Below are positions 18,219 to 29,016 of a DNA stretch of 64,000 nucleotides, one piece after another. Numbering within the stretch: the stretch's first letter is position 1; each line of letters starts with the position of its first letter. A model generated the notes under the pieces. The model was given only the letters and a program-made list of their open reading frames with translations. It was not told the DNA's origin and made no database searches. The DNA comes from Candidatus Lutacidiplasmatales archaeon. GTDB lineage: Archaea; Thermoplasmatota; Thermoplasmata; Lutacidiplasmatales; UBA184. Made by a program: the position numbers and the translations under genes. Location: contig JBIOKR010000004.1 of NCBI GenBank assembly GCA_044451945.1, positions 23,454 to 87,453 on the forward strand. Direction: 5' to 3'.

Positions 18219-21200
18219 TCATGGCGAAGGCGAGTTCTTCCCGGGTGGAGGTGGCGTGGCTCGGCGGCGGGCCAGGTAGAAGCCGATCAGAACGGCGAGG
18301 ACCGGGCCGACTACCCCGAGGGCGATGAGCCAGGGAGCGGGAGTGGCCGATGGCTCGCTGTGGCTACCGTTGGTGACCGGTGTGTAGACCGGCCCGAAGC
18401 TCGCCCGCTCGCTGACCGGACTGGAAACGACCAGGATGGCCGTGCCGTTGCTGCCCGTGTAGGAGCTCGGGCCCATGCCTTCCCAGCCGAGGAATCGGTA
18501 ACCTGTGTCGGCTGTGGCCGTCAGCGCGATCATTCCACCTGAGTCGACCCAGGAGGAACTGCCGACGAGATTGCCGCCGATCCCGCCGCCGACCGAGAGC
18601 CAGAACTGCTCGGTGAAGTTGATGCTGGTCGTGCCGTTCTGGTTGACGCTGAGCGTGATCGCGGAGGGCGCGGTGAACCGGGTGCCGACCCCGACGTAGA
18701 TAGGGGCGACCGCCAGCTCGTAGCTTCCGTTGAGACCGCTCAGGGTGAGGGTACCGGCTCCCGAAGCTCCCACGTTCCCGGCCGAGACGTTCCAGCTCGT
18801 GCCGGCAGGAAGGCCGGTCTCCTCGATGGTGACGGTGTAGATCGCGGGCGGCGGGAAGTCTCGGTAGAGGAAGGAGGCGGTCTCCTTCACCGGGCCCACC
18901 AAGGTGACGTTCGCGTACCCCGGCAGGCTCCTCGGTGAGGGGCCGACGCGATCGGAGCCGTTCCCGCTCCCGTTCCAGCCCACGAACCGGTGGTGATAGG
19001 AGGGGGTCGCCGTGAGGCTCACGACGTTCCCGGAATCCTCCCAATAGACCCCCGCCGCCGGTGAGGTCACGCCCCCGGTCGAGGCGGCGATGGTCAGAAG
19101 GAATTGGGTCGAGAAGTTCACGTAGATCGTCCCGTTCCCCGTGACGTTGGCCTTCGCTCCCGTCATCACGAAGCTCGACGACAGATGCGTCGGGAGGAAC
19201 CGAGTGGTGGCGTTGAGGTTCAGGTAGGCGGGGATGGCGGAGAGCGTGTACTCCCCGGTCACCAGCCCATTGATCACGAACGTCCCCGCACCCGAGTAGC
19301 TCATGTTGCCGACGCTCACCGTGTAGGTGGAGCCGGCGGGCAGGCCCGCCGGAACGACGGTCAGCGCGTATCTAGGGAGCGGCACGGGCTGGAAGGTCGC
19401 GACCTCCGTGACGGGCCCCGTCGGGTAGATCGTGATCGAGGGCTGAGGGTTCTGACTCTGGTTCGACGAGCCATTACCCGAGCCGGTCCAGGAATTGAAC
19501 GTGTAGTCGGCGAGGGGGGTTGCCACGAGGTGGACGCCCGTGCCCGGGGCCACCCATTCGCTCGAAGGCGTCGCACTGCCGCCCTGGCCGGAGGTGACGG
19601 TGAGGCGCTCGAGAGGGGCGAACCGCACGACGAGGAGCCCGGGCCCGTCGATCGTCAGGCCCTGAGTAGCGGTACTCCCGTTCTGCCATCCCGAGAAGTT
19701 CTGGACGAACGGTCGGAAGGAGACCCCGGAGGCCGTGTACGCAACGCCGGCCTCGGTGTAGACGTTCCAGCCCGTGACGGAGACGTTCCCGCCAGCCGCC
19801 ACCTCCAGAAGGTCCCCTCCCGACGAGACCACCTGGGCCGCACCGCCCGCGTAAAGTGACCAGAGAGTGCGCGCGGGCAGGCCCGAGGAGCTCACGTTGA
19901 GGGGGAACTCCATCCCCGAGACGTTCTCCTGGGTGAACGTGATGAGCACGACTCCGACCCTCGGGACCGCAAGGGGCGACGCGGCGTCCGCCAAGGGCAC
20001 CCAGAGGATCCCCGGGGTTTGCGTCGGCACGGTCCAGACGACGTATGTGTGAGGCGCGGCGGTCACCCCTAGCGATATCGCGCTCAGGTTGGTCGACAGA
20101 GTTCGGTTTCCGTCGATCCGCACCGACCAGCTCGTGTTGTACGGTAGGCCCCTCTCGGCGAAAGTGAGGGCGTAACGCTGCACGGGTGTGCAGGAGAACG
20201 ACCGCACAACGCCGCCGTACCCGTACCCCGAGCAGTAGTCGTTGAACTGGAAGTTGGCGGTCTGATTCACCGGTCCTCTCATCCCTACCTTGACGGCGCT
20301 CGCGTTCGAGCTGACGCTTCCCGGGCCCGTCCCGGTCCACGAAAGGAAGGTGAGGTTCCAGTACTCGCATTGGGAGGTGCAGGAAGGCGGCGAGAACGTG
20401 ACGGTCAGGAGCCGACTGGTGTTCACGGGGATCCAGTAGTTCCCCACCGCGGGCGACATGAGGTAGTTCGTCGGCTGGTAGTACGAGTTGACGGGGACGA
20501 GCTTCGGGATCACCGAGATGTTGAGGAGCACCTGCTCTGAGTACGCCACCGAGATCACGGAGGGAACGGCGAAGCTTCCCGGCGAGGCGGTGCGCACTAC
20601 GGGCGTCCACTCGACCCCATAGCGGGGGTACATCGTCGGCACGGCCCACTCGACGCTCACGCCAACGGGAACCCCGGTGACGGTGAGGTTGGCGCCGAGC
20701 GGACCCAGTCGGTAGTTGCCGCTCATCTCCGCCCACCAGGTCGTCCCGGCCGAGAGGTTCGTCTCGTTGAAAGTGACGGTGAGGCCCGCTCCGGTGAACA
20801 GCTCCGAGATCACGACGCTCGCGTTGGAGGTGGTGCTCGGGAAGCTGCAGTACGGGGACGGCGCGCAGGAGGATAGGGTCCACGCCAGCACGACGTGCGA
20901 TCCCTCGACGACCATCGTGGCGTACTCCCCGTCGTACTGCCCGGGCTGAACCGAATAGGTCGGATAGACATCGAACGGTCCGTTGAAGGTGCTTGCGTTG
21001 TCGCTCGAGTTGAGGAAGACCTGCTGGACCGAGCCGCAGACCGGATAGCTGTAGTACGGGGTGGCGTTGGCCGCAAGGCAGTTCGTGTCGTTGACGTACG
21101 TCGCGCTCAGATCGAGGGTCCCATCCGGCGCGACGCCGATCGACGGGTTGTAGGCGATGTTCGCCGCCCCACCGTCCGGATTCACCAGGCTCGAGAGGAA

Positions 21201-22706
21201 CGACGGGCTCGACCAGTTCGCGCCGCCATCCGATGAGTTCTGGACGAAGACGTCCTCCGTCATCGAGCCGTTCGTGCAGCGGTCGTAGAGCGATTGCTCG
21301 CAGAGGTTCCCGGCGAGCCAGGCGCTGTACGAGACGAACAGCTGGCCAAAGCGCGCCCCGTAGGCGAGCGTCGGGGCGGGGTCCGCGAAGATGCCCCGCG
21401 GGCCGTGGTCGAGATAGCTTTGCGTGAAGAGCCCGCTCGCGGCGACGTGGGCGGTCCAGCTCGCTCCGTTCGTGGACGAGTTCGCGACGACGACGTCCGC
21501 CGTCCATCCGGAGCTCTCGCAGGTGTGCGGTGCGTACGGGGCGCAGTAGTGGGTGTAGTACAGGTAGTTCCAGCCCGTCGAGTAGGCGACGTAGAGCTCC
21601 CCGCTCGGCAGCGCGAGGACATACGGGTTGACCGCCACATGGGTCACCTCACCGGCGTAGTCGCCGGTGATCACCGGGAGATTCTCGATCTTCCCGAACG
21701 TTACCCCGCCGTCCCTCGACACCCTCAGATGGATCTGGGCCGCCCCGGGAAGGACGTACGAGAAGTTCTCCCAGACGACGTAGACGTTCGCTCCGTTGGC
21801 GGTCACCCAGTCGCGCATCGGCGGCGCGTCGGTCGTCCCGTAGTAGAGGTAGACCGATTTGTGGAAGGTGGAGTTCACGACGGTACCGGCGGACCAAGTG
21901 CTGCCGTTGTTGTAGCTCACCTGGACCACGAGTCGGGTGTAGTGCAGGTACGGGGGATTCGAGTACGGCGGCGTACCGACGTTCGAACCGTACGAGCTGA
22001 AGTTCGAGTACTCTAGGTAGCTCAACACCAACGTCCCGTTGGAGAGCGACGTGAGGCTCGGTTGCATCGCCGAGGGGTACTGCAGGGCGACGCTGCAGTT
22101 CGGGTTGTCGAAAAAGCGGGGTGCGGTCCAGGTCCCCCCATAATTGCTCGACGTCTGGAAGCCGATGACCGTGTAGGTCCGGCCGGAGACGTTGGCGCAG
22201 ATCGAGTTGTTGACGAACGCCGTGTAGGCGACCGCAAGCAGCCCTCTCGAGGTCAGGTTCACGGACGGGTCGTTCGTGAGGTTGATGCAGACTCCGGTCC
22301 TGAAGTAGCCCCCGTAACTCAGGCAAGTGCGGTTGCCCCCCTGTGGCACAACCTGACTCGTGAAGAACGTCCCCCGGCCGGAGGTGGGGGACCCGGAAAG
22401 CGTCGGGAAGACCGGGGAAGGGGCGAGATGGGACGCCATCGGGGCCTGGGAAGGAGCGTCCAGGAGCCGCTCCGGGGATTGCATGCCCGTCAATGGCGTC
22501 GGAGTGGCCGGGGATGCGAGACCGGGGGACGGAGCCGGGGGATAGGTCAATGGAGCAGAGGCGCTCGCAAGCCCGTTCAGAAGGAACAGCAACACGACGG
22601 CACTTGCGAGGAGGCTACTGCGGCTCGGCAGGGAGGGCGAGACGACACGATTGTTCCCGGGTCTCCGGCTGGCCGTTGCCCCTCTCGATCGGTCGGCCCC
22701 GCTCAT
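18219..22706 (-). CDS. Giant surface protein: six Asp-box (BNR/sialidase-like) propeller, repeated beta-sandwich stalk, C-terminal TM anchor
   Basis: Asp-boxes SSNYGGTW, SYNNGSTW, SRDGGVTF, SSTNGASW, SSDGGANW, SSDNASTF. Repeated E.GLP.GT.W.V and F.GW.GSG.GS units. TM helix followed by RRR. Confidence 0.85.
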   Translation of the reverse strand: MSGADRSRGATASRRPGNNRVVSPSLPSRSSLLASAVVLLFLLNGLASASAPLTYPPAPSPGLASPATPTPLTGMQSPERLLDAPSQAPMASHLAPSPVFPTLSGSPTSGRGTFFTSQVVPQGGNRTCLSYGGYFRTGVCINLTNDPSVNLTSRGLLAVAYTAFVNNSICANVSGRTYTVIGFQTSSNYGGTWTAPRFFDNPNCSVALQYPSAMQPSLTSLSNGTLVLSYLEYSNFSSYGSNVGTPPYSNPPYLHYTRLVVQVSYNNGSTWSAGTVVNSTFHKSVYLYYGTTDAPPMRDWVTANGANVYVVWENFSYVLPGAAQIHLRVSRDGGVTFGKIENLPVITGDYAGEVTHVAVNPYVLALPSGELYVAYSTGWNYLYYTHYCAPYAPHTCESSGWTADVVVANSSTNGASWTAHVAASGLFTQSYLDHGPRGIFADPAPTLAYGARFGQLFVSYSAWLAGNLCEQSLYDRCTNGSMTEDVFVQNSSDGGANWSSPSFLSSLVNPDGGAANIAYNPSIGVAPDGTLDLSATYVNDTNCLAANATPYYSYPVCGSVQQVFLNSSDNASTFNGPFDVYPTYSVQPGQYDGEYATMVVEGSHVVLAWTLSSCAPSPYCSFPSTTSNASVVISELFTGAGLTVTFNETNLSAGTTWWAEMSGNYRLGPLGANLTVTGVPVGVSVEWAVPTMYPRYGVEWTPVVRTASPGSFAVPSVISVAYSEQVLLNISVIPKLVPVNSYYQPTNYLMSPAVGNYWIPVNTSRLLTVTFSPPSCTSQCEYWNLTFLSWTGTGPGSVSSNASAVKVGMRGPVNQTANFQFNDYCSGYGYGGVVRSFSCTPVQRYALTFAERGLPYNTSWSVRIDGNRTLSTNLSAISLGVTAAPHTYVVWTVPTQTPGILWVPLADAASPLAVPRVGVVLITFTQENVSGMEFPLNVSSSGLPARTLWSLYAGGAAQVVSSGGDLLEVAAGGNVSVTGWNVYTEAGVAYTASGVSFRPFVQNFSGWQNGSTATQGLTIDGPGLLVVRFAPLERLTVTSGQGGSATPSSEWVAPGTGVHLVATPLADYTFNSWTGSGNGSSNQSQNPQPSITIYPTGPVTEVATFQPVPLPRYALTVVPAGLPAGSTYTVSVGNMSYSGAGTFVINGLVTGEYTLSAIPAYLNLNATTRFLPTHLSSSFVMTGAKANVTGNGTIYVNFSTQFLLTIAASTGGVTSPAAGVYWEDSGNVVSLTATPSYHHRFVGWNGSGNGSDRVGPSPRSLPGYANVTLVGPVKETASFLYRDFPPPAIYTVTIEETGLPAGTSWNVSAGNVGASGAGTLTLSGLNGSYELAVAPIYVGVGTRFTAPSAITLSVNQNGTTSINFTEQFWLSVGGGIGGNLVGSSSWVDSGGMIALTATADTGYRFLGWEGMGPSSYTGSNGTAILVVSSPVSERASFGPVYTPVTNGSHSEPSATPAPWLIALGVVGPVLAVLIGFYLARRRATPPPPGKNSPSP

Positions 22707-25700
22707 TTCGGGCCTTCCGCGGCCGTGGGCGGTGAGGTCGGGTCCGGTTCTGCCCGGTCTGCTGGGCGGGCTACCTCAGGGGGCGGGGTCGAAACTGGCG
22801 GCTCGGGAGGCGGCGGTGAGCGCCATCGGCCGACGGCGACCCCTGCGAGAAGGCCAACGATGATCCCGACCGCGGCCAACACCTCCCAAGTCGACTGGGA
22901 GCTGGGCGCTCCCAGCAACACTGGCCGAGTGGGAGCGGGGGGGAGAGGGGCGAAGGTGGCGAACTCGCGGACGGGCCCGGAAGGCGTCAAGCTGAACTGG
23001 CTTCGGGACCCCGTGTAGGAGCCGGAACCGTTCCCCTCCCAGCCGACGAACGCGTAACCAGGGTCTGCGGTGGCGGTCAGGTCGACGTACTGCCCGTAGG
23101 AGAACCAGGAACCTCCGGGGGTCGCGTTGACACTGCCCCCCGGAGTCCCTGAGACGACGAGAGCGTAGGCCGGAAGGAACGTGACCTGCAGGAGGATGTC
23201 ACTCCCATTCACGAGGAGCTCGGGGGGAGGGGTGACAGCAGTGTATTGGGTGAGACCGTCCGGCGACAGGGCCACCGGTAGGGCGAGAGAATACCAGCCG
23301 TTCGGCAAGCCAGTGAGGTTGAGCCAACGGGAGCTCGAGGAGTAGCCGGTGCCGTTGAAGGTCACGCTCCACGCCGTCCCCGGCGAAAGAGGGACCCGGA
23401 GCGCGAAGTAGACCGAATAGGTCGGAAGCGGCACTGGCGCGATCGCTGCGAAGGTCGCGACCTCCTCCACCGGCCCTAGGACCGCTGATGTCGTCGCGTT
23501 CGTCGTCCCGGTGTAAGAGCCGCTTCCGCTACCGTTCCATTGCAGGAACCGGTACCCCGGATCGGGGAACGCGGCGATGTGGTAGTTGTCGAGGGGGGTC
23601 CCCCAGACGCTCGACTTCGACGTCTGGCTCCCGACCGTGATCGTCCCGAATCCCCCGGGGGTCGCCGACACACCGAGGGTGAACTCCGGGGAGAAGGACA
23701 ACGTCAGTGTCTCCCCGGTGGCCGTCAGGCACAATCGGCTGAGGTAGCTCCCCGGATCGTACTGGGTGAGGGTCGTTGAGTTCGGTACCGCGAACTGGAC
23801 GAATACGTGGAGCGTCCCCGCCGCTCCCGCTCCGCAGGACGGCAAGTCGAAGATGGTGAGCTGGGGTCCCGAGCTCGAGTATCCGACGCCGTTGACGAAC
23901 ACCGACCAGGGCGTCCCGGTCGGTAGGCCCTGCTCGACGTACGTCAGGTTGAACCGGTCCGCGGGAAGCGGGAAGAAGCTCGCCACCTCGACGATCGGTC
24001 CGTTCGAGGTGATCGATGCGCCGATCGTCGAGCCGTTGAAGCTTCCGGCGCCGACCCCGCTCCACCCGCCGAAGTTGTAGCCGGTCCCGGTGTAGGCGCT
24101 CAGGTTGAGCACCGAGCCCGCCGGGACGAAGCGGACGCCGGGCGCCGAGACCGAGCCTCCCGATGTGGCGATGACGTCGATCCGGTTCGAGTCGACGAAG
24201 CTCACGTTCACAACAGTACCGGCGCCGAGCGCGACGCCCGACGGGACGCCGACCGGCGTGTACCCCACCGAGCCGTTGGCGGCGACCACGGTGCCCACCG
24301 AGAGTGAGTAGTTTCCCGGGTGCTCGCTCGCGTTGATCCACGGCGTCTTGGACGAAAAGCTCGTCCCGTTGAAAGTGAGTCGCCAGACCGTGCCGTTCGA
24401 CAGCCCCAATGCATGGAAGGAGACGGGGGCGTCCGGCGCCGAGACGTTGATCTCGGAGAAGGTGAGCGTCACCGAGGGCTGCGCCGGGACGACGACCGTG
24501 CTACCGACCGAGGAGCGGCCGAAGTACTCCCAGCCGGCTCGAGAGGAGGTCGCCTGGATCGTGCCGAGCGGATACGCGCCGGTCCCGATTCCGCTGACGT
24601 TCAACCATCGGTCCCCGGCCGCCGAGTACGTCGACCCGTTGAATCCGACCGTGTAGGTGGAGCTCGCCGGGAGGCCGACGGGGACGAACGTCTCGTTGTA
24701 CACCCCGGCCGCGAGCGACCATGCCGTCTCCTGGATCGGTCCGTTGAGCGTCAGGTTCACGTCCTGCGCGTGGCCGGTGAAGCTCCCGTTGCCCGTACCG
24801 TTCCAATACGCCACGGGCAGCGACGACTGTGGTGCGATCGGCAGCACGGTCCCCGCGGTGAAGAACCACGGGAAGGCGGGCGTTACGGTGGTCTCGAGGC
24901 TGCAGGAGACGCAGTCTTGCCATTCGTAGAGCTCGAAGTAGGTCCCGTTGTAGTAGAAGTTCACCAGCATGGAGACCGGGTCGAGCGGCTGGAACGTGAG
25001 GAGCACGCCGTAGGAGACGTTGTAGTGGAACTGGACGGTCGACGGCGCGAGGAACGCCTGGACGCTGGGCGAACCCAGCGAGGCGACGACCCGTTGCCAG
25101 TAGGTCGTCTGGAACGTCAGCAAGCCGATGACGACGCTCTGGTTGTACGGCACGTCGGTGATTACCCGCGAGCTCGAGCTCTGGGTGTACGACTGGCCGT
25201 TCAGGAAGAACGTCCAGGGCGTGGCCCCGGGCACCCCGGTCTCCGAGAAGGTGACGTTGACGGTCGGGCCGGAGTACGGGAAAGCGACGGTCAACATCGT
25301 GGAATTGGTGAAGTTGTGGTACCCCCGGTCGTACGTCGACCCCTGAGAGAGGGGCAGCGAATAGCCGATCACCGGCGTGCCGTTTACGGTGAAAGCGATG
25401 CTCCCCGTCCAACCGGTCCACGCGTCGGGGGCGGTCCGGCTGTTCGCATGGCGGGCGAAGCTGAGCAACGCGGGAGCTCCGAAGGTGAGCCCGTCCGACG
25501 AGGTCCGGACGAACTGGGCTACCGAGCCGACCAGCGGGGAGCACGGGGCATGGACCGGGCAGCTGCTCTCGTTCTGGTCGGTATAGGCGACGTAGATCGT
25601 GCCGTTGGGAGCCATGCCCACTTCGGGGATCGAGAAGTCATCCCCGAGGAGCGCGTTGTAGTCTACTGCGACCGGGACGGTCCGGAATCCCGTGCCGTTC

Positions 25701-27049
25701 GAGCTGCCCTCGGAGAAGAACACGCCGGCCTGGTCGTAGGAGTAGGCGGAGAGGGTCGCGTTCGGCTGGGCGTAGCTGCCGGCGGTCGCCACGAGTAGCC
25801 GGCTACCGTCCGGGGAGAATCCCGAGCTGATAAGCGGCGTCCAACCGAACGGTGCGCCGAAGCAGCTCTGGGAGCGTTGGAACCAGCTCCAGCAGGAGTC
25901 CTCGCCCAGCTTGTTCTCGGCGACGTGCAAAGGCGAGAAGCTGGTACCGTTGTCGAGCGAGACAATGCTCACGATGTCGTCCGCGAAGCTCCCGAAGAGG
26001 ATGGGGGAGCAGAAGGCGACGCACGTACGGTTCGTGGCGTAGGTCACCTCGAGGGCCCCGGTCCGGTTCACCGCAATGGAAGGCGCGGAGGCGGAGTAGC
26101 CCATCGATGCGTTCTCCCCGGGGAGGGGCCTCGGTGCGGTCCAGGTGGTCCCCCCGTCCAGGGAACGGAGGAACTCGAGCGCGATCGGCGATATCGGGGC
26201 GCTCTGCGGCCCTCCCGGATACTTGGTGCTCGAGTTCGTGATGTTCTCGAAGACGACGTAGATGTTCTCTCCGAAGGCCGCGATCGCCGGTCGCGCGATG
26301 TTCCCACTGGCGTTGAGGGTCTGGGTCGTACTCCACGTTGAGCCGTTGTCCGAGGACGAGACGAAACCGAGCGCGTCCGCGGACCGGGCGGCGTAAAGGG
26401 GCGGGAACACCGGCTGGGTGGCGGTGCTGCGGTTCTCTTCCACGAAGGCGCCGACGACGAGACCGCCTCCGCCGACCGCGAAGGAAGGTTCCGTCGCCTG
26501 GAGGTACTTGCACGTGTCGTTCCCGAGGTCGATCGCCGGCGCGAAATGCCTTCCACCATCGGGAGAGACCGTGAAGGCGACGCGGGTCATCGTATTCGCC
26601 TTCGAGCCGTTGCAGGTCGCCCCCGACACCGAAGTGTATCGCGAGTAGCCGACCCCGATCTCCCCGTTGGCGAGGGCGAGCACGGAGGGGTTCTGCGCCT
26701 GTCGATAGCAGTCGTAGCTCGCGTATCCCGAGGTGTCGCGGACGCAGAAATGCGAGCTCGAGTTCAGTTGCGTGACCGATGAGTTGTTCGCGTAGAAGGT
26801 GCCCGTGGCGGTGGGGAAGGCCCACGACGTCATACCGCCCCGGGGCTCCCCTGTACGTGTCACGCCAGACTTGGGGAGCTCGGAGCCCGTCGCAATCGCT
26901 GAGTGGTTCGGCGGCAGGGCGACCGGTACCACCGTTAGTAACCCGGCTCCCAGCCCGAGGCTCGAGAGTACGAACAGTGCTGAGAGCCCGACCGCTGCGA
27001 GCGCGACCGTCGTGGCGGCGCCGCCGAGTCGGCCTTCGCGGCCGGGCAT
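22703..27049 (-). CDS. Giant surface protein, paralogue of 18219-22706 (Asp-box propeller, stalk repeats, TM anchor)
   Basis: Asp-boxes SPDGGRHF, SSDNGSTW, SLDGGTTW, SLDNGTSF, SSNGTGF, SSDGLTF. Same stalk repeats. 4-nt overlap with the downstream paralogue. TATTTA ~27 nt upstream of the ATG. Confidence 0.85.
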   Translation of the reverse strand: MPGREGRLGGAATTVALAAVGLSALFVLSSLGLGAGLLTVVPVALPPNHSAIATGSELPKSGVTRTGEPRGGMTSWAFPTATGTFYANNSSVTQLNSSSHFCVRDTSGYASYDCYRQAQNPSVLALANGEIGVGYSRYTSVSGATCNGSKANTMTRVAFTVSPDGGRHFAPAIDLGNDTCKYLQATEPSFAVGGGGLVVGAFVEENRSTATQPVFPPLYAARSADALGFVSSSDNGSTWSTTQTLNASGNIARPAIAAFGENIYVVFENITNSSTKYPGGPQSAPISPIALEFLRSLDGGTTWTAPRPLPGENASMGYSASAPSIAVNRTGALEVTYATNRTCVAFCSPILFGSFADDIVSIVSLDNGTSFSPLHVAENKLGEDSCWSWFQRSQSCFGAPFGWTPLISSGFSPDGSRLLVATAGSYAQPNATLSAYSYDQAGVFFSEGSSNGTGFRTVPVAVDYNALLGDDFSIPEVGMAPNGTIYVAYTDQNESSCPVHAPCSPLVGSVAQFVRTSSDGLTFGAPALLSFARHANSRTAPDAWTGWTGSIAFTVNGTPVIGYSLPLSQGSTYDRGYHNFTNSTMLTVAFPYSGPTVNVTFSETGVPGATPWTFFLNGQSYTQSSSSRVITDVPYNQSVVIGLLTFQTTYWQRVVASLGSPSVQAFLAPSTVQFHYNVSYGVLLTFQPLDPVSMLVNFYYNGTYFELYEWQDCVSCSLETTVTPAFPWFFTAGTVLPIAPQSSLPVAYWNGTGNGSFTGHAQDVNLTLNGPIQETAWSLAAGVYNETFVPVGLPASSTYTVGFNGSTYSAAGDRWLNVSGIGTGAYPLGTIQATSSRAGWEYFGRSSVGSTVVVPAQPSVTLTFSEINVSAPDAPVSFHALGLSNGTVWRLTFNGTSFSSKTPWINASEHPGNYSLSVGTVVAANGSVGYTPVGVPSGVALGAGTVVNVSFVDSNRIDVIATSGGSVSAPGVRFVPAGSVLNLSAYTGTGYNFGGWSGVGAGSFNGSTIGASITSNGPIVEVASFFPLPADRFNLTYVEQGLPTGTPWSVFVNGVGYSSSGPQLTIFDLPSCGAGAAGTLHVFVQFAVPNSTTLTQYDPGSYLSRLCLTATGETLTLSFSPEFTLGVSATPGGFGTITVGSQTSKSSVWGTPLDNYHIAAFPDPGYRFLQWNGSGSGSYTGTTNATTSAVLGPVEEVATFAAIAPVPLPTYSVYFALRVPLSPGTAWSVTFNGTGYSSSSRWLNLTGLPNGWYSLALPVALSPDGLTQYTAVTPPPELLVNGSDILLQVTFLPAYALVVSGTPGGSVNATPGGSWFSYGQYVDLTATADPGYAFVGWEGNGSGSYTGSRSQFSLTPSGPVREFATFAPLPPAPTRPVLLGAPSSQSTWEVLAAVGIIVGLLAGVAVGRWRSPPPPEPPVSTPPPEVARPADRAEPDPTSPPTAAEGPK

Positions 27050-27460
27050 AGAGCGCGGGACTCGCGCTCCGGCGGTAAATACGTTGTGATGAAGCTCGCG
27101 TTGAGCCCGGCCCCCCCGACATCTGTTCCCCGCGCCCCGAGGGCAACGACGCGCGAAGATTGCAGGTCGGGTCGTTCGGGTAAGGTTTCGCTGTTCCCGG
27201 GTCCGAACGCCCGGGCCCGGGGGCGGTTGTCCGGTCGTTCTGGCTGCTGCCGTTCTCCTCCGGGGGCCGCCAACTCGACGGGATCCCTACGGTCCTCGCC
27301 AGGACGGCGAGCCTCCCACCCCACCCAAAGTCGGCACCGGGACGCGGCAGAATGTCTCTCCGCAAGCCCCGGTCGTTCCGGCGACTCTACCCTCTTATAC
27401 CCTCAGAACGTGGCGCGCGTTCGACGGCAGGCCGAAAGGTCTGTCGTGGAGGTACCGTTC

Positions 27461-28420
27461 ATGATGGCGGCGGAGACGAAGAAGGTCTGGATGGACGGAA
27501 AGCTCGTCGAGGCCGCCGACGCGAAGATCTCGGTCCTCGGCCATTCGCTGCATTACGGCGTCGGAGTCTTCGAGGGGATCCGCTGCTACAACACCAGAAC
27601 CGGCCCCGCGATCTTCCGATTGAAGGAGCACGTCGCCCGCCTCGTCTGGTCCGCCCGCCTGTACAAGATGCCCCTGCCCTACTCCTCCGAAGAGATCGTC
27701 CGCGCGATCGAGGAGACCCAGTCGGCGAACGGGATCATTCCCTCGTACATCCGCCCGATCATCTACCGCGGTGAGCCAGCGCTCGGAGTCAAGAATCAGA
27801 AGGGGAAGGTCTCGCTCGCGGTGGCGGCGATCCCTGCGAAGAAGTACCTCGGGGAGAAGAGCGAGACCGGGGTCCGGGCAAAGATCTCGCCGTTCCGAAA
27901 GATCCACTCCGCTGCCGTCCCCTCCTTTGCCAAGGCCGACGGGAACTACACGAACAGTTATCTCGCGGGCATTGACGCCGCCGAGGACGGCTACGAGGAG
28001 GCGATCCTTCTGGACGCCAACGGCTACGTCGCCGAGGGGACCGGGGAGAACATCTTCCTCGTGCGTAACGGAAAGCTCTACACCCCCGGGCTCGAGTCCG
28101 ACATCCTTCTCGGCATCACCCGTGCCTCGGTGATCCAGATCGCCCAGGACCTCGGTTTCCCGGTCGTCGAGAAGCTGCTGTCGGTGAACGAGCTGTTGAC
28201 CGCCGAGGAGGCGTTCTTCTCCGGCACGTACGCCGAGGTCGCTCCGATCCGGGAGATCAGCCACTACACGATCGGTGACGGCAAACCCGGCCCGATGACC
28301 CGCGACATCATGGACGTCTTCTACAAGGTCGTGAAGGGAGAGGAGCCGAAGTACATGCACTGGCTCCACCCGGTCCCGGAACTCGCACGGGCGGTCACGC
28401 CGCGGCCCTCTCGCCGCTGA
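27461..28420 (+). CDS. ilvE: Branched-chain amino acid aminotransferase
   Basis: LHYGVGVFEGIR, AKADGNY (PLP Lys), GYVAEGTGENIF, ILLGITR, EAFFSGT. Confidence 0.95.
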   Translation: MMAAETKKVWMDGKLVEAADAKISVLGHSLHYGVGVFEGIRCYNTRTGPAIFRLKEHVARLVWSARLYKMPLPYSSEEIVRAIEETQSANGIIPSYIRPIIYRGEPALGVKNQKGKVSLAVAAIPAKKYLGEKSETGVRAKISPFRKIHSAAVPSFAKADGNYTNSYLAGIDAAEDGYEEAILLDANGYVAEGTGENIFLVRNGKLYTPGLESDILLGITRASVIQIAQDLGFPVVEKLLSVNELLTAEEAFFSGTYAEVAPIREISHYTIGDGKPGPMTRDIMDVFYKVVKGEEPKYMHWLHPVPELARAVTPRPSRR

Positions 28421-28460
28421 ACCGGGCGCCCGCGCCGCGCTCTGGCCCTTCGACCGCCGG

Positions 28461-28904
28461 CTACGGTGCGCCGCTCGGCTTGCAGCCGCCGTGCGGCAGA
28501 TGCCGCTGGGGGTCGGGGCGGTAGACGAGCTCGACCTGCAGGCCCTCGGGTCCTTTCAGGAAGAGCGAGCGCGAGTCGACGCGCTCCTTCTCCCCCGTCA
28601 CTTCGATCCGGGCCCGCTTGACCCGGTTGCGAAGACCGGTCCACTCCTCGACGCGCAGCGCGATGTGGTCGACCCCGCGGGGACCGGTCGGCTCGTTGCC
28701 TTCCCTGAGCCCGAGCACCTGGTCGCCGAACATGAGGAAGGTGTGGTCGGTCCCCTCGCCGAGCACGTCGAGTCCCAACTGGTCGACGAAGAACCGGACG
28801 GCTTTGGCCCGGTCCTTGACCCGGATATCGACGTGATCGAACCCGAGCACCCCGAGCTCGGGCCGACGCGGATGCGCCGTCCGCCCTCCGTTGTGCTCGG
28901 CCAC
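28461..28904 (-). CDS. VOC/glyoxalase family protein
   Basis: FDHVDIRVKD...AVRFF..LGL, GVDHIALRV, SLFLKGPEGLQVEL. Confidence 0.88.
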   Translation of the reverse strand: MAEHNGGRTAHPRRPELGVLGFDHVDIRVKDRAKAVRFFVDQLGLDVLGEGTDHTFLMFGDQVLGLREGNEPTGPRGVDHIALRVEEWTGLRNRVKRARIEVTGEKERVDSRSLFLKGPEGLQVELVYRPDPQRHLPHGGCKPSGAP

Positions 28905-29016
28905 CCTCTGGGGAGCGGGGCCCCGTATGTAAGCGCCCGGTGAGGACCCCGCCTTGGGCGAAGCGCCCGCAACCCCCGGTCGACCTCATCCTGCGCGCTC
29001 GCCCCGGCCCAAGGGA

